A stretch of 64,000 nt of DNA from an uncultured Bacilli bacterium (GTDB taxonomy: Bacteria; Bacillota_I; Bacilli_A; RFN20; CAG-288), in contig CAUUFA010000001.1 of assembly GCA_963544395.1 (NCBI GenBank), forward strand, positions 66,626-130,625. Reading direction: 5' to 3'. The notes beneath the pieces are model-generated. The model searched no databases, had not been told where the DNA came from, and saw nothing but the letters and a program-made list of their open reading frames with translations. A program made the translations under genes and the position numbers. Position 1 is the first letter of the stretch. Each line of letters begins with the position of its first letter. Shown one piece after another: positions 10,023 to 19,548 of this stretch.

Positions 10023-10295
10023 ATGGAAAAGACAATCATCACTGTCGTCGGGAAGGACAAAGTCGGCATCATCGCCGCCGTCTGTTCTTTCCTCGCAAAG
10101 AACGATATCAACATTCTGGATATCTCTCAGACGATCGTCAGCGGTTATTTCAATATGATGATGATCACGGACATCACCAAGGCCAAGGCCGATTTTCATC
10201 AGCTTGAGGAAGAACTTTCTTTCCTTGGCAAAGAGATCGGTGTCCGGATTCAGATGCAGCGGGAAGAAATCTTCGACTGCATGCACAGGATTTAA
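10023..10295 (+). CDS. ACT domain protein (UPF0237 family)
   Basis: 90 aa. [19 protein letters not shown] fold signature. Immediately precedes its usual UPF0210 partner. Confidence 0.8.
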   Translation: MEKTIITVVGKDKVGIIAAVCSFLAKNDINILDISQTIVSGYFNMMMITDITKAKADFHQLEEELSFLGKEIGVRIQMQREEIFDCMHRI

Positions 10296-10297
10296 GT

Positions 10298-11662
10298 ATG
10301 ATCAGCATCAATGAGGTCAGTGAGACCAACCAGATGATACAGGAAGAGAAGCTGGATGTCCGCACAATCACGATGGGAATCTCCCTGTTAGACTGCTGCG
10401 ACAAAAATGTTTCCCTATGTTGTGAAAACATCAGAGCAAAAATTTTCAGATCCGCTAAAAATCTGACCAAAGTCGGAGATGAAGTCTCCAGCGAATACGG
10501 CATTCCGATTGTTCATAAAAGAATCTCCGTCACCCCGATTTCCCTAGTCGGAGCCAGCTGTTGCAAAACCATCGGCGATTATGTCCAAATCGCCAGAACA
10601 TTGGATGATATCGCCAAGGAGCTGAACGTCAATTTCATCGGTGGATATTCAGCCATCGTCAACAAATCGATGACGGAGAACGAGGCGCTGTTCATCTCCT
10701 CTCTCCCCATAGCACTATCCCAGACCGAGCGCGTCTGCGCTTCCTTAAACGTCGCATCCAGCCGCACCGGCATCAATATGGACGCTGTCCGGCTCTCCGG
10801 ACACATCATCAAATCTCTCGCCTATCAGACCAAAGATCAGAATTCAATCGGTTGCGCCAAGCTGGTCATCTTCTGCAATGCTCCGGATGACAATCCTTTC
10901 ATGGCGGGAGCATTCCATGGCATCAGCGAAGGAGATTGTGTGCTGAATGTCGGTATATCCGGACCAGGCGTGGTCAAACGTGCTTTGGAGAAAGTCCGAG
11001 GAAAGGATTTCACATCGCTCTGCGAAGAGATCCGAAAAGTCGCCTTCAAAATCACCAGAGCCGGTCAGCTGATTGCGGAAGAGGCAGCAAAACGGCTGAA
11101 CATTCCGTTTGGTATCATCGACCTATCTTTGGCTCCGACTCCCGCCGTAGGCGATTCTATCGGCGAGATTTTTCAGGAGATGGGATTGCAGGCGGCCGGA
11201 GCTCCAGGAACCACCTGCGCCCTCGCCCTGCTCAACGATCAGATCAAGAAGGGCGGAATGATGGCTTCCTCCTCGGTCGGCGGACTCTCCGGCGCCTTCA
11301 TCCCGGTCAGCGAGGATCACGCCATGATCGAAGCCGTGAACCAAGGCTATCTGCGTCTTGAAAAGCTGGAAGCCATGACCTGCGTCTGCTCGGTCGGTCT
11401 TGATATGATCGCCATTCCAGGAGATACTTCGGAAGAGACGGTCTCTGGCATCATCGCCGACGAGATGGCACTAGGAATGATCAACCATAAGACGACCGCA
11501 ACAAGACTGATCCCTGCCTATGGAAAGAAAGTAGGAGAGCAAGTGGAATTCGGCGGTCTGTTAGGATCTGCTCCGATCATGGAAGTCAACGAGGCAGATT
11601 GCTCTGATTTTGTCAACCGCAAAGGCCGGATACCAGCTCCTCTCCACAGCTTCAGGAACTGA
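10298..11662 (+). CDS. UPF0210 (DUF711, PFL-like) family protein
   Basis: 454 aa. [16 protein letters not shown]-terminus is typical of UPF0210. Conserved pairing with the ACT protein. Confidence 0.8.
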   Translation: MISINEVSETNQMIQEEKLDVRTITMGISLLDCCDKNVSLCCENIRAKIFRSAKNLTKVGDEVSSEYGIPIVHKRISVTPISLVGASCCKTIGDYVQIARTLDDIAKELNVNFIGGYSAIVNKSMTENEALFISSLPIALSQTERVCASLNVASSRTGINMDAVRLSGHIIKSLAYQTKDQNSIGCAKLVIFCNAPDDNPFMAGAFHGISEGDCVLNVGISGPGVVKRALEKVRGKDFTSLCEEIRKVAFKITRAGQLIAEEAAKRLNIPFGIIDLSLAPTPAVGDSIGEIFQEMGLQAAGAPGTTCALALLNDQIKKGGMMASSSVGGLSGAFIPVSEDHAMIEAVNQGYLRLEKLEAMTCVCSVGLDMIAIPGDTSEETVSGIIADEMALGMINHKTTATRLIPAYGKKVGEQVEFGGLLGSAPIMEVNEADCSDFVNRKGRIPAPLHSFRN

Positions 11663-11728
11663 TCGGGCAAATCCGTGGCTTATCTTTGAAAAGTACTATA
11701 CAATAAAGAAACAAGGAGAAACATAGAC

Positions 11729-12076
11729 ATGAAAATCGCAATTACCTACGACAGCAAGACCAAAGAAGTCTTCCAGCACTTCGGAAAGACAGAAAACTAT
11801 CTGGTTTATGATACCGAGACCAAAGAGAAGAACATCATCGATAACGGCGGTTTCTCTCACAAAGAACTGATTCCTTACCTGAGTGAGAAAGGCATCGAAG
11901 TCATCATCTGCGGCGGGGTCGGCACTCCAGCGATCGAGCTCTGCAAAGAAAAGAGCATCCGTGTCATCCCGGGAATCACCGGATCAGCAGACGCAGCTCT
12001 CCTTTCCTTTCTCAACGGAACCCTCTCTGGAGATAACTCCGTTATCCACGAATGCGGATGCCATCACAGCTCGTAA
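11729..12076 (+). CDS. NifB/NifX-family iron-molybdenum cluster-binding domain protein
   Basis: 115 aa. MKIAI..V.QHFGKTENYLVYD...VIICGGVG pattern of the dinitrogenase FeMo-cofactor-binding fold. Confidence 0.7.
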   Translation: MKIAITYDSKTKEVFQHFGKTENYLVYDTETKEKNIIDNGGFSHKELIPYLSEKGIEVIICGGVGTPAIELCKEKSIRVIPGITGSADAALLSFLNGTLSGDNSVIHECGCHHSS

Positions 12077-12741
12077 GCCTGAAGTCCAGTATTCACGGAT
12101 GAGCTCTATCAGTCTGACTTCATAGGGCTCAATCTTGAAGATCGGGTTGTCATTCCCTTTCAGATTCGGCTCGTGATTCATCTCGCTGGACGAAGAGAGA
12201 TAAAATAATACCTCGCATAGTAAGATAGGATACTTCGGCATCGCTTGTCTTGAACCACACATCATGGACAGTGCGATGCTCGTGTTGATGATCTTTTCTT
12301 TCTGCAGATATCGACCAATCAGAGCCACGTGGACCTGAATTATCTTTTGCTTTCCGATGATGAAGGCATCGAGTCTACGCAGGCTGATGTGAGATTCTTT
12401 TTCATAACTATAATCCTCAGATTAAGAAAGATGGTGATATAGGCAATTCTGATATTTTCCATCATCGTCAGTTTGCTACGATCATCTAAGCATTTTAAAC
12501 CGGATTCTTGATATTGTTATAAGTAAATCATCTGGCTTGCCTGCAAAACAAAGAAGCCTTGTTCTCGTTTCACTACCGTTCTATAGTTAGATTGAAATTC
12601 AACGTTAGGCGTTCACTACAGAATGACTACACCTTGTTCTGCCTCGTTGCTATACTGATGAGAAGAGATACGATCTGTGGATACAATTCCGTCGATTCCT
12701 TCTCGGGAAATAGGGTGCACGGCTCTAGGAGGAAACTTAAT

Positions 12742-13607
12742 ATGATCAATCTGACATTCCATCTCAGCGGCGATGATGCCTGGTTGAAAACCTATGTCCT
12801 CGATGATGGAGAATATTCCCGCAAGGGTTGACTTCATCATGCGATGATTGTCTGCCCTGGAGGCGGATATGCGTTCTGTTCAAAAGATGAAGGGAGCCTG
12901 TCGCTCTTTTCTTTGCCAGGCATGGCTACCACGCCTTTGTCCTGCATTATGATTGTGGAATCAAACATCCTTTTCCTACTCAGCTTCAGCAGTTGGCAGA
13001 AGCGTTCAGCATCGTCAAAAACCATATGCAGGAATGGCGCATCGACAGAATCGATATCATTGGTTTTTCTGCCGGAGCGAACCTCGCCTTATCTCTCGGA
13101 TGTTTCTTCGATCGCAAAGACTTACTGAAAGAATTTTATCCTGGAAACAATTCTCTCACACCGTCTCACATCCTCTTAGGGTACCCTGCCATTACGCTTC
13201 ATCCGATACATCCAAAAGGGGATCTTCCGCAAGCTGTCATCGCTTTGATTGAAGCCGGAAAGATGCCGGACTTCCGCGGTCCGACCATCCGAGAAATTCT
13301 TCTCGGAAAAGAAAATCCCTCTGAGAAAGAGCTTGAAAGTCTCAACCTGTTGCAATATTTGAGACATGATCTACCACCCATTTTCGCTTTCGGCTCTTAT
13401 CAGGATACCATCATTCAGGCCTCGGATCTCACCGAACTTGCGAGGCGACTCGTTGAGCTTCATGTCCCGATTGAACTACATCTTTTTGCAGATGGACCTC
13501 ACGGGGTTTCCCTCTGCGATGAAACGGTTAAATCCAAAGATGAGATTGATGGACTCAATATGCGATATTGGACCACATTAGCCTTAGGTTTTTTGGAACA
13601 CAACTGA
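12742..13607 (+). pseudogene. alpha/beta-hydrolase (acetyl-esterase type) pseudogene: in-frame TGA plus frameshift
   Basis: AGGAGG RBS and ATG at 12742. In-frame TGA at 12829-12831 splits ...EYSRKG / LHHAMIVCPGGGYAF (oxyanion-hole motif). The frame switches near 12885-12893 to EPVALFFARHGYHAFVLHYD...IIGFSAGANLA (nucleophile elbow GFSAG). Confidence 0.7.
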
Positions 13608-13768
13608 CCATCGTAGAAGCGGTCATCTTTGCGTTGAATAACGTCATCCGTTCTACCGATAGATTCCACAATCAGGCTCAGAAGAAAATCCGCACTGGCA
13701 GACACATCCAATCCACCTCCATTGAAGAGAAACAAAGCAGCTTTCTTCGGAAAAATACAATTAAATTG

Positions 13769-13809
13769 AAAACCCCATATGCTTCAGGAAAATTGGCATA
13801 TGGGGTTTT
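13769..13809. terminator. bidirectional rho-independent terminator
   Basis: Perfect 14-bp stem AAAACCCCATATGC / GCATATGGGGTTTT with a 13-nt loop. A/T runs on both sides, between convergent genes. Confidence 0.75.
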
Positions 13810-13816
13810 CGTGTGT

Positions 13817-14995
13817 TTAGATCAGATCATCAACAGCATCTGCAAGACTCTTCAAATCCTGATCGCTGACTTTATAGGCGTCTTTATCCGTCACTTCATC
13901 CACCTTCAAATCCTGTCCCTGAAAGAATAGGATACGTCCGTTCAAGGCGTAATTCATATTGACCTTCGTTCCGAACGTATAGTCGCTGACACTGTAGGTG
14001 TTCTCATAGCTGTAATGAACATCGATTGTAGCACCGATGGAAGAGATTCCCTTGTCATTGAAAATGAAGGAGAGAGAGTAATTGTTGACGTTGAATGAGC
14101 GCTTGATGTCGTGCTTCACATTGAGGACGGAGGTCGTAGTATCTCCCTCTTTCTCTCCGCTCTTTTTCTCATAGCGGAATGCTTCCGTGAAGGAGACCTC
14201 GTCCATGAAATCATAGGCCCCATCAAGATCCTTTGTCTCAACCGAATAGGAGTAAGTTCCGTCTCCGTGCTCCTGTGCTTTCAGTTTTCCGCCCTTCGAG
14301 GCGATGCGCTCGATCTTCTTTGAAACGCCATCCGTGAAGTTCTTCAGGTTGTCTTTGGAGACAAGGGGAAGATACTCTTGCGTCAGACCGGCATCGACTT
14401 TCACTTTGGCATCCATCGTCAGAGTGGAGATGGCGTTATCAGAGAAACCCTGATAGTCCTTGTTTTCGTTGCTGATGGTCTCAAACATCGACTGAAGCTT
14501 CGTATCCGAGAGATCAAAATAAACCTGATTCTGATCCAAGTATGCCTTCAGCCCATAGGTGCCGGAAGGTGCTTTGTAGTTGCTCCTGAAGCTGTCGGCA
14601 ACCAAGCTTCCCCCGACATCGAACTTGCCGTTGGCAGAAGCGGAGGCTTTGAGATCCTCCACCTTTGTCGCTGTCATTCCTCTCACGCCAGCATGAAAAG
14701 CGACGTCATCGAGATGAGCATGACGTTTAAACTTGACGGATCCTTTCTCGCTCTTTCCTTTCGGATAAGAAGTCTCGGCGGAAAAGTCATAATGCATATA
14801 GGCCTTATCCATCGACAGGCCTAACGCATCATCATCTTCCATGGCCTGGGTAGCGACATCCATTTGCTCCTTGGCTTTTTTGACAGAGATCTCTTTCCCC
14901 TTCGGAACAGCGCCGCCTTCTTTGGGAAGGCTGTTCCCACAGCCCGCAAGAAGCGACAGAGAAGCAACTAACGGCAAGAATTTCAGCTTTTTCAT
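13817..14995 (-). CDS. lipoprotein of unknown function (candidate ECF-sigma target)
   Basis: Signal peptide with lipobox LSLLAGC. GAGGA RBS. Shares its upstream motif with the sigma operon. Confidence 0.75.
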   Translation of the reverse strand: MKKLKFLPLVASLSLLAGCGNSLPKEGGAVPKGKEISVKKAKEQMDVATQAMEDDDALGLSMDKAYMHYDFSAETSYPKGKSEKGSVKFKRHAHLDDVAFHAGVRGMTATKVEDLKASASANGKFDVGGSLVADSFRSNYKAPSGTYGLKAYLDQNQVYFDLSDTKLQSMFETISNENKDYQGFSDNAISTLTMDAKVKVDAGLTQEYLPLVSKDNLKNFTDGVSKKIERIASKGGKLKAQEHGDGTYSYSVETKDLDGAYDFMDEVSFTEAFRYEKKSGEKEGDTTTSVLNVKHDIKRSFNVNNYSLSFIFNDKGISSIGATIDVHYSYENTYSVSDYTFGTKVNMNYALNGRILFFQGQDLKVDEVTDKDAYKVSDQDLKSLADAVDDLI

Positions 14996-15009
14996 ATTTT
15001 TTATCCTCG

Positions 15010-15056
15010 TTCACTTAATACACAGAGAAGGAAGAGGTTTTATTGGAGGAAAAGAA
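15010..15056 (-). promoter_or_regulatory. bipartite promoter-like motif, copy 1 (upstream of lipoprotein gene)
   Basis: On the coding strand: TTCTTTTCCTCCAATAAAA-N13-TGTGTATTAAGTGAA, ending 14 nt before the ATG. Near-identical to the copy at 16680..16726 with the same 13-nt spacer. Confidence 0.5.
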
Positions 15057-15160
15057 AAATTTTTGAAACTTGTTTGAACGACTTCTTTGGTTTTGCCGGA
15101 TCGGCCAAAAAAAGATGATCTAAGGTTTTATTGCTTTCTGCTTGTTCTCTCCCCTGAATC

Positions 15161-16153
15161 TCATTCCGAAAAGTGGTAGGACAGTGAGCCATCCGTGTTG
15201 ACGGTGTACGTGAATTCAGTATGAATTCCGGATAGATCGGAAGCGACGATGTCGAGATAATCGACATGATACTGCTTCTTTCTGTCATCGTATTCTGTCG
15301 TTGCCTTGACTAAGCTTAACCCCGTCCGATGAGCCATGAAGCAGCGGTCAAAATCAGAGGTACCTTTGCTGAACTCCATCGAGATGAGATAGGATTCAGA
15401 GTCATTCCTGTCCCGAGTGCGGTCAGAGATGCGGCAGAACAAGCCTGTTCCGTCCTCATCGCTGCCCTGAGCGATCGTGATCTTCTTATCCGTGCTGTAG
15501 AAGACAGAACGGACAAGTTTTAAATCTTCATCGCTGTCACAATAGATATATCCTTTATAGGTTTTATCCGACATCTGATACAGAGCGATATTCTCGTTCT
15601 GTCCATCGCGAATATCCTCTTTTGTATAGACCTTGCTGTCGCCCTGAATCAGAACATAGGGATATTTTTCTCCCTCATAGGTAAAATTCGTCTTTCCATA
15701 GCGGACAGAAAGCTTGTTTCCGGTTCCGAAAAAGCTATGGATCGTCTCATAGAGCCCGTCATAGTTTTTCCTGACTCGGGCCTGAACATCCGAAACATTG
15801 ATGGAAATAGAGCGCTTCGCATTGGAGTTCGTCTGATTTTTGGGAGCAAACTGCGAACCATAGAAGAGCTGAAGCCCGGTCTGACCGACAAGAGAGGCAT
15901 CGTCTAACGGAAGTTCCTCTTCTAAGATGGGCTGAAAGGAAGAGGGTTGTTTCGGCGTAAAGATGACAGCGCAGATTGCGGCTGCCGTGCAGGCGAAAAC
16001 AAGTCCGCCAGAGGCTGGAATCCACCAGCGGTTCTTCGAAGCAGGCTTTCTCTCCGGAATTTGCTTTGCCTGATAGACAGAAAGAATCTCCTGAGAAGAG
16101 GTTCTGATACTGAATGTTTCGCTCTCCTTCTTCAGTTCCTTATCGATATCCAT
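15161..16153 (-). CDS. putative anti-sigma factor (single-pass membrane protein)
   Basis: 14-nt overlap with the sigma gene. About 50-aa cytoplasmic N-terminus, one TM (WWIPASGGLVFACTAAAICAVIF), large extracytoplasmic domain. Confidence 0.55.
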   Translation of the reverse strand: MDIDKELKKESETFSIRTSSQEILSVYQAKQIPERKPASKNRWWIPASGGLVFACTAAAICAVIFTPKQPSSFQPILEEELPLDDASLVGQTGLQLFYGSQFAPKNQTNSNAKRSISINVSDVQARVRKNYDGLYETIHSFFGTGNKLSVRYGKTNFTYEGEKYPYVLIQGDSKVYTKEDIRDGQNENIALYQMSDKTYKGYIYCDSDEDLKLVRSVFYSTDKKITIAQGSDEDGTGLFCRISDRTRDRNDSESYLISMEFSKGTSDFDRCFMAHRTGLSLVKATTEYDDRKKQYHVDYLDIVASDLSGIHTEFTYTVNTDGSLSYHFSE

Positions 16154-16667
16154 CTTTCTCTAATGCCTTTCTCATTTTCTGAATCGCATTGTTGTACGTC
16201 CAAGTCACCGTCCCTAAGGGTTTGTGTAATAGGGAAGCAATCTCCTGATGCGAGAGCTCCTCGATCGAGTGAAGGATGACAATCCGCATCTCCGTCTCAT
16301 TGAGTACCTCCTTCATCACGTCAAAGACATGATGATCCTCGCTTCGAGGCGATTCGTCGTCGGCCACCTCACTGACATCAACGTTGTAAGCGAGGTGACG
16401 GTATTGCTTTTTGGTGTTGATAGCAAGGTTTGTCGCCGTCTTCATCAGATAAGCCAGAACCGACCGATCCGCTTTCAGCTTGGGAAGCTTCTCCAGGAAC
16501 TTCAGGTAGGTATCCTGAAGAATGTTCTCTGCCTCATCCGGATTCTGAAGGATAGCGTAAGCAGAAGAGTAGACGCCCCGCTTCGTGAGTTCGTAAAACT
16601 CATCGAAGTATTCCGTTCTTCCTTCCTGAAGCAAGATGAGCAGCTCGTTTAGATGGTTTGTGTCCAT
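16140..16667 (-). CDS. RNA polymerase sigma-70 family factor, ECF-type
   Basis: 175 aa. Region 2 (DEAENILQDTYLKFL) and region 4 HTH (ELSHQEIASLLHKPLGTVTWTYNNAIQKMR). Confidence 0.85.
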   Translation of the reverse strand: MDTNHLNELLILLQEGRTEYFDEFYELTKRGVYSSAYAILQNPDEAENILQDTYLKFLEKLPKLKADRSVLAYLMKTATNLAINTKKQYRHLAYNVDVSEVADDESPRSEDHHVFDVMKEVLNETEMRIVILHSIEELSHQEIASLLHKPLGTVTWTYNNAIQKMRKALEKDGYR

Positions 16668-16679
16668 GGATTGATCTGA

Positions 16680-16726
16680 TTCACTATATACACAATATTA
16701 TGCGTGATTTTATTGGAGGAAGAGAA
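16680..16726 (-). promoter_or_regulatory. bipartite promoter-like motif, copy 2 (upstream of sigma gene)
   Basis: On the coding strand: TTCTCTTCCTCCAATAAAA-N13-TGTGTATATAGTGAA, ending 12 nt before the ATG. No SD in between. Confidence 0.5.
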
Positions 16727-16755
16727 ACATTGATGAAAAAGAAAGAAATCAGAGA

Positions 16756-16783
16756 TTGAAACTCTCTGCAGAAAGAATACAAT
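16756..16783 (+). promoter_or_regulatory. sigma-A-type promoter for AEC transporter gene
   Basis: TTGAAA (16756-16761), 16-nt spacer, TACAAT (16778-16783). GGAGGA RBS downstream. Confidence 0.5.
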
Positions 16784-16807
16784 AGACCCGTTTGCCCGGA
16801 GGACCTT

Positions 16808-17857
16808 ATGACAATCATCAAAGACGTGTTCACCGATCAGAACTTCCTAGGCGCCGTCATCTCATCGATCGCATTCATTCTCATCGGATTTCTGCTGAGG
16901 CGGTCTCAAATCATTCAGGAAAAGGGAAGAGAAGTCATCAATGCGATCGTCATGTGGGTCGCCATTCCCTGCATGGCGTTTGTCGCCTTTATGAGCGACT
17001 TCAAAGAAGAGGAGTTCCTTTCGAATATCATCATCCTGCTGCTGGATCTCTTCTTCTATGTTGCGGTGCTGGCAATCGCAAATCTCTGTTTCCTAAAATC
17101 CGAGAACCGAAGAATCTACGCCATCCTGATCGCAGTCGGTCAGCTGACCTTCTTCTCTATTCCTCTGCTCAGCTCCATCTATGCGGATCATCTTTCCGAG
17201 GTTCTTATCCCTGGTTCGATGATGACGCTTCCTTTCCGCTTCATCACGTATCTTTACGCGTATCTTGTCATATCGGCAACGAAGATTTCCAAGAAGACAT
17301 TCGGAAAGACAATGAAAAACATCTTTTTAACTCCGATTATGATATGCATGCTCGCCGGATTCCTGGTCTGGATCACGCAGAATGTCACCTGGCAGGTTCA
17401 TACCAAAGAAGGTTCCTTCGGCTTTCTACGCATCGACAAAACGTTACCTGCTCTGTACCAGATCTTCCGCTTCGGAAACAGCATGGCCACACCGATCTGC
17501 ATGCTGCTGATGGGTGTCACCTTAGGAGAAGCGGACTTCTTAAAGGCTTTGAAAAATACAACCGCCTGGATCATTGCCCTTTCCCGTTCGCTTCTCGTTC
17601 CGTTATTCATCCTAGGCTTCTGTCTGCTGCTTCAGGCCTTGGGTTGGTTCAACTTCACCGAGTATCAACTTGCTGCTCTCGTCATCGGAAACGCCGCTCC
17701 TGTCGGTGCTGTCGTCTCTGTCTACTGCGGAAAGTACAACAAGGAAGGCTACTTAGCCAGCGATACTGTCTTTCTTTCGACTTTCCTCTGTGTGCTCTCG
17801 ATTCCGCTCTGTCTCATCCTCATCCGCCTCTCTCTGCAGTTAGCAATCTTCGCCTGA
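16808..17857 (+). CDS. AEC (auxin efflux carrier/malate permease) family transporter
   Basis: 349 aa, about 10 TM helices, two-repeat architecture, typical N-terminus. Confidence 0.75.
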   Translation: MTIIKDVFTDQNFLGAVISSIAFILIGFLLRRSQIIQEKGREVINAIVMWVAIPCMAFVAFMSDFKEEEFLSNIIILLLDLFFYVAVLAIANLCFLKSENRRIYAILIAVGQLTFFSIPLLSSIYADHLSEVLIPGSMMTLPFRFITYLYAYLVISATKISKKTFGKTMKNIFLTPIMICMLAGFLVWITQNVTWQVHTKEGSFGFLRIDKTLPALYQIFRFGNSMATPICMLLMGVTLGEADFLKALKNTTAWIIALSRSLLVPLFILGFCLLLQALGWFNFTEYQLAALVIGNAAPVGAVVSVYCGKYNKEGYLASDTVFLSTFLCVLSIPLCLILIRLSLQLAIFA

Positions 17858-17911
17858 TCTTCTTGTTTCCTCCTCTGCTCCTTGCTAAACTATTGCCCGG
17901 ACTTTCGTCCA

Positions 17912-18009
17912 AGACAGTTCGCCGTTACCATCCTGTCTCTAAATAAAACCAGGAACAATTCCGCTGAAACAGATTTTTCAAGGCGCCATTGTTCATCGAC
18001 GCCTTTTTT
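17912..18009 (+). promoter_or_regulatory. candidate preQ1-I riboswitch with intrinsic terminator
   Basis: P1 AGACAG/CUGUCU, loop starting UUCGCC and ending in C, A-rich tail CUAAAUAAAACCAGG resembling the Bsu and Tte aptamers. Then terminator AAGGCG-N14-CGCCUUUUUU. GAACAAU can pair with AUUGUUC as an antiterminator. Directly upstream of yhhQ. Confidence 0.5.
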
Positions 18010-18030
18010 CTTGTCACGGAGGATGAAATC

Positions 18031-18855
18031 ATGCAGAAAAGAAACTTTGTGAAGCCGCTGTGGAACCAAATAAAAGATTTTTTCAGTCCGAAGGAATGGA
18101 TCAAGACGTTGCGCGCTGTGCCAGGGCTTGCTCTAGCTTTGATCGTGGTCGCCAACATCCTGATGAATGTCCTTGCCAACAAATCCATCATCGAGCTGAA
18201 GATACCCGGAACGGATTCTTACTGGCTGATTCAGGATGCCGGTATCTGCTTAAGCTGGATCGGTTTTCTGATCGGCGATCTCATCGTCAGGAACTTCGGC
18301 GCAAAGCATGCGATCCGCGTCAATCTCACCGCACTGATCATCTCGCTTTTTGTCTCTCTCTTGCTCGTCTTAGTCGGCTATATTCCCGGAACGTGGTCTC
18401 CGGAATTCAACTATGTTGATCCTCAGATTGCCAAAGCGGTGGGTGATTCCATCAATGCGGTCATGGGCAACGTCTGGTATGTCATCTTAGGTTCAGCCAT
18501 TGCTTCCGCCTGTGGCTTAATCATCAACAACATCGCCCAGGATCGGATCCTGAAAAAAATATCCGCTAAGCACGGCGATCATTACTGGGGTTATCTTCTC
18601 GCCGGAGGTCTCTCCACCATCTTCGGCCAGATCCTGGATAATTTTGTCTTTGCTTCTTTGGTCTCTGTCCACTTCTTCCGTTGGACGTGGCTGACTGCCC
18701 TGATGTGTTCGCTCGATGGCGCTCTCCTTGAACTTGCCGTGGAGATGCTCTTCACGGCGTTGACCTATCGCATCTCCAAGAACTGGGATAAAAACCATAT
18801 CGGAAAGAAGTGGTTAGACGAAGAAAAAAAGGAAGGAGCAAAAAACACGCGATGA
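18031..18855 (+). CDS. yhhQ: queuosine precursor transporter (YhhQ/VUT family)
   Basis: Multi-TM protein with the C-terminal pattern QILDNFVF...ELAVEM typical of YhhQ. Start at ATG 18031 behind GGAGGA. Confidence 0.75.
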   Translation: MQKRNFVKPLWNQIKDFFSPKEWIKTLRAVPGLALALIVVANILMNVLANKSIIELKIPGTDSYWLIQDAGICLSWIGFLIGDLIVRNFGAKHAIRVNLTALIISLFVSLLLVLVGYIPGTWSPEFNYVDPQIAKAVGDSINAVMGNVWYVILGSAIASACGLIINNIAQDRILKKISAKHGDHYWGYLLAGGLSTIFGQILDNFVFASLVSVHFFRWTWLTALMCSLDGALLELAVEMLFTALTYRISKNWDKNHIGKKWLDEEKKEGAKNTR

Positions 18856-19496
18856 GAATCATCGTCACCGGCTCAAGCCGAGGCATCGGCAAAGCGATCG
18901 CCCAGAAATTTCTGAAGGAAAATCACACGATCATCGGAATCGACAAGGAAGAATCCTGTATCGATCATCCTCATTATCAACACGTGATCTGTGACATTCT
19001 GAATGGTGCTCTTCCCGAGATACCGGATGCTGAAATCCTGATCAACAACGCTGGCATCCAATCCGGCGAAGTCATCGATGTCAACCTGAAAGGCACGATC
19101 CGCGTCACGGAGAAATACGCCTTCCAGGATCACATCCGCTCCGTTCTGTTCATCGCCTCATCCTCAGGAAGCAACGGGGCAGAGTTCCCAGAATACGCCG
19201 CTTCCAAAGGTGGCGTCATCGCCTATATGAAAAACGTCGCTTCCCGCCTTGCCATCTATCAGGCAACTGCAAACTCCTTGTCTCCGGGAGGTGTCATCAC
19301 TGATCTTAACAGCCATATCCTCAAGGATGAAAAGCTCTGGAACGCCGTCCTGAATGAAACCCTGCTTCGCAAGTGGGCAGATGCCGATGAGATTGCTGAA
19401 TTCGCTTATTTCCTGACCGTCATCAATTGTTCCATGACCGCTCAGGATCTTCTTATCGACAACGGAGAACAGGCAAAATTCAACTTTATCTGGTAA
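18852..19496 (+). CDS. SDR family oxidoreductase
   Basis: MRIIVTGSSRGIGKAIA (TGxxxGIG), NNAG, catalytic YAASKGG. ATGA overlap with yhhQ. Confidence 0.85.
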   Translation: MRIIVTGSSRGIGKAIAQKFLKENHTIIGIDKEESCIDHPHYQHVICDILNGALPEIPDAEILINNAGIQSGEVIDVNLKGTIRVTEKYAFQDHIRSVLFIASSSGSNGAEFPEYAASKGGVIAYMKNVASRLAIYQATANSLSPGGVITDLNSHILKDEKLWNAVLNETLLRKWADADEIAEFAYFLTVINCSMTAQDLLIDNGEQAKFNFIW

Positions 19497-19497
19497 C

Positions 19498-19536
19498 AAA
19501 AAGGCCACGGCAGCAAGAGGAGCCATGGCCTTTTTT
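19498..19536. terminator. bidirectional terminator between convergent SDR and pta genes
   Basis: AAAAAGGCCACGG...CCATGGCCTTTTTT hairpin flanked by A and T runs. Confidence 0.7.
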
Positions 19537-19548
19537 ATAGAGCGTAAT

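Noticed and set aside
12829-12831. In-frame TGA in the esterase as evidence for TGA=Trp (code 4) or selenocysteine.
   Set aside because: TGA ends many well-defined genes here (for example at 1626, 18855, 22729 and 23528). A second lesion (a frameshift) lies 60 nt downstream, and no SECIS-like hairpin follows. A simple nonsense mutation is the better explanation.
16708-16770. Plus-strand reading of the conserved block as an SD (GGAGGA) plus an 8-codon mini-ORF (MKKKEIRD).
   Set aside because: The second copy of the block at 15038-15056 has no equivalent ORF downstream. The conservation pattern fits a minus-strand promoter better.
16792-17946. 384-aa same-strand ORF overlapping the AEC transporter gene in another frame.
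   Set aside because: Its translation is Arg/His/Ser/Leu-rich and lacks features. The 16808-17857 frame gives a typical 10-TM transporter with a GGAGGA RBS.
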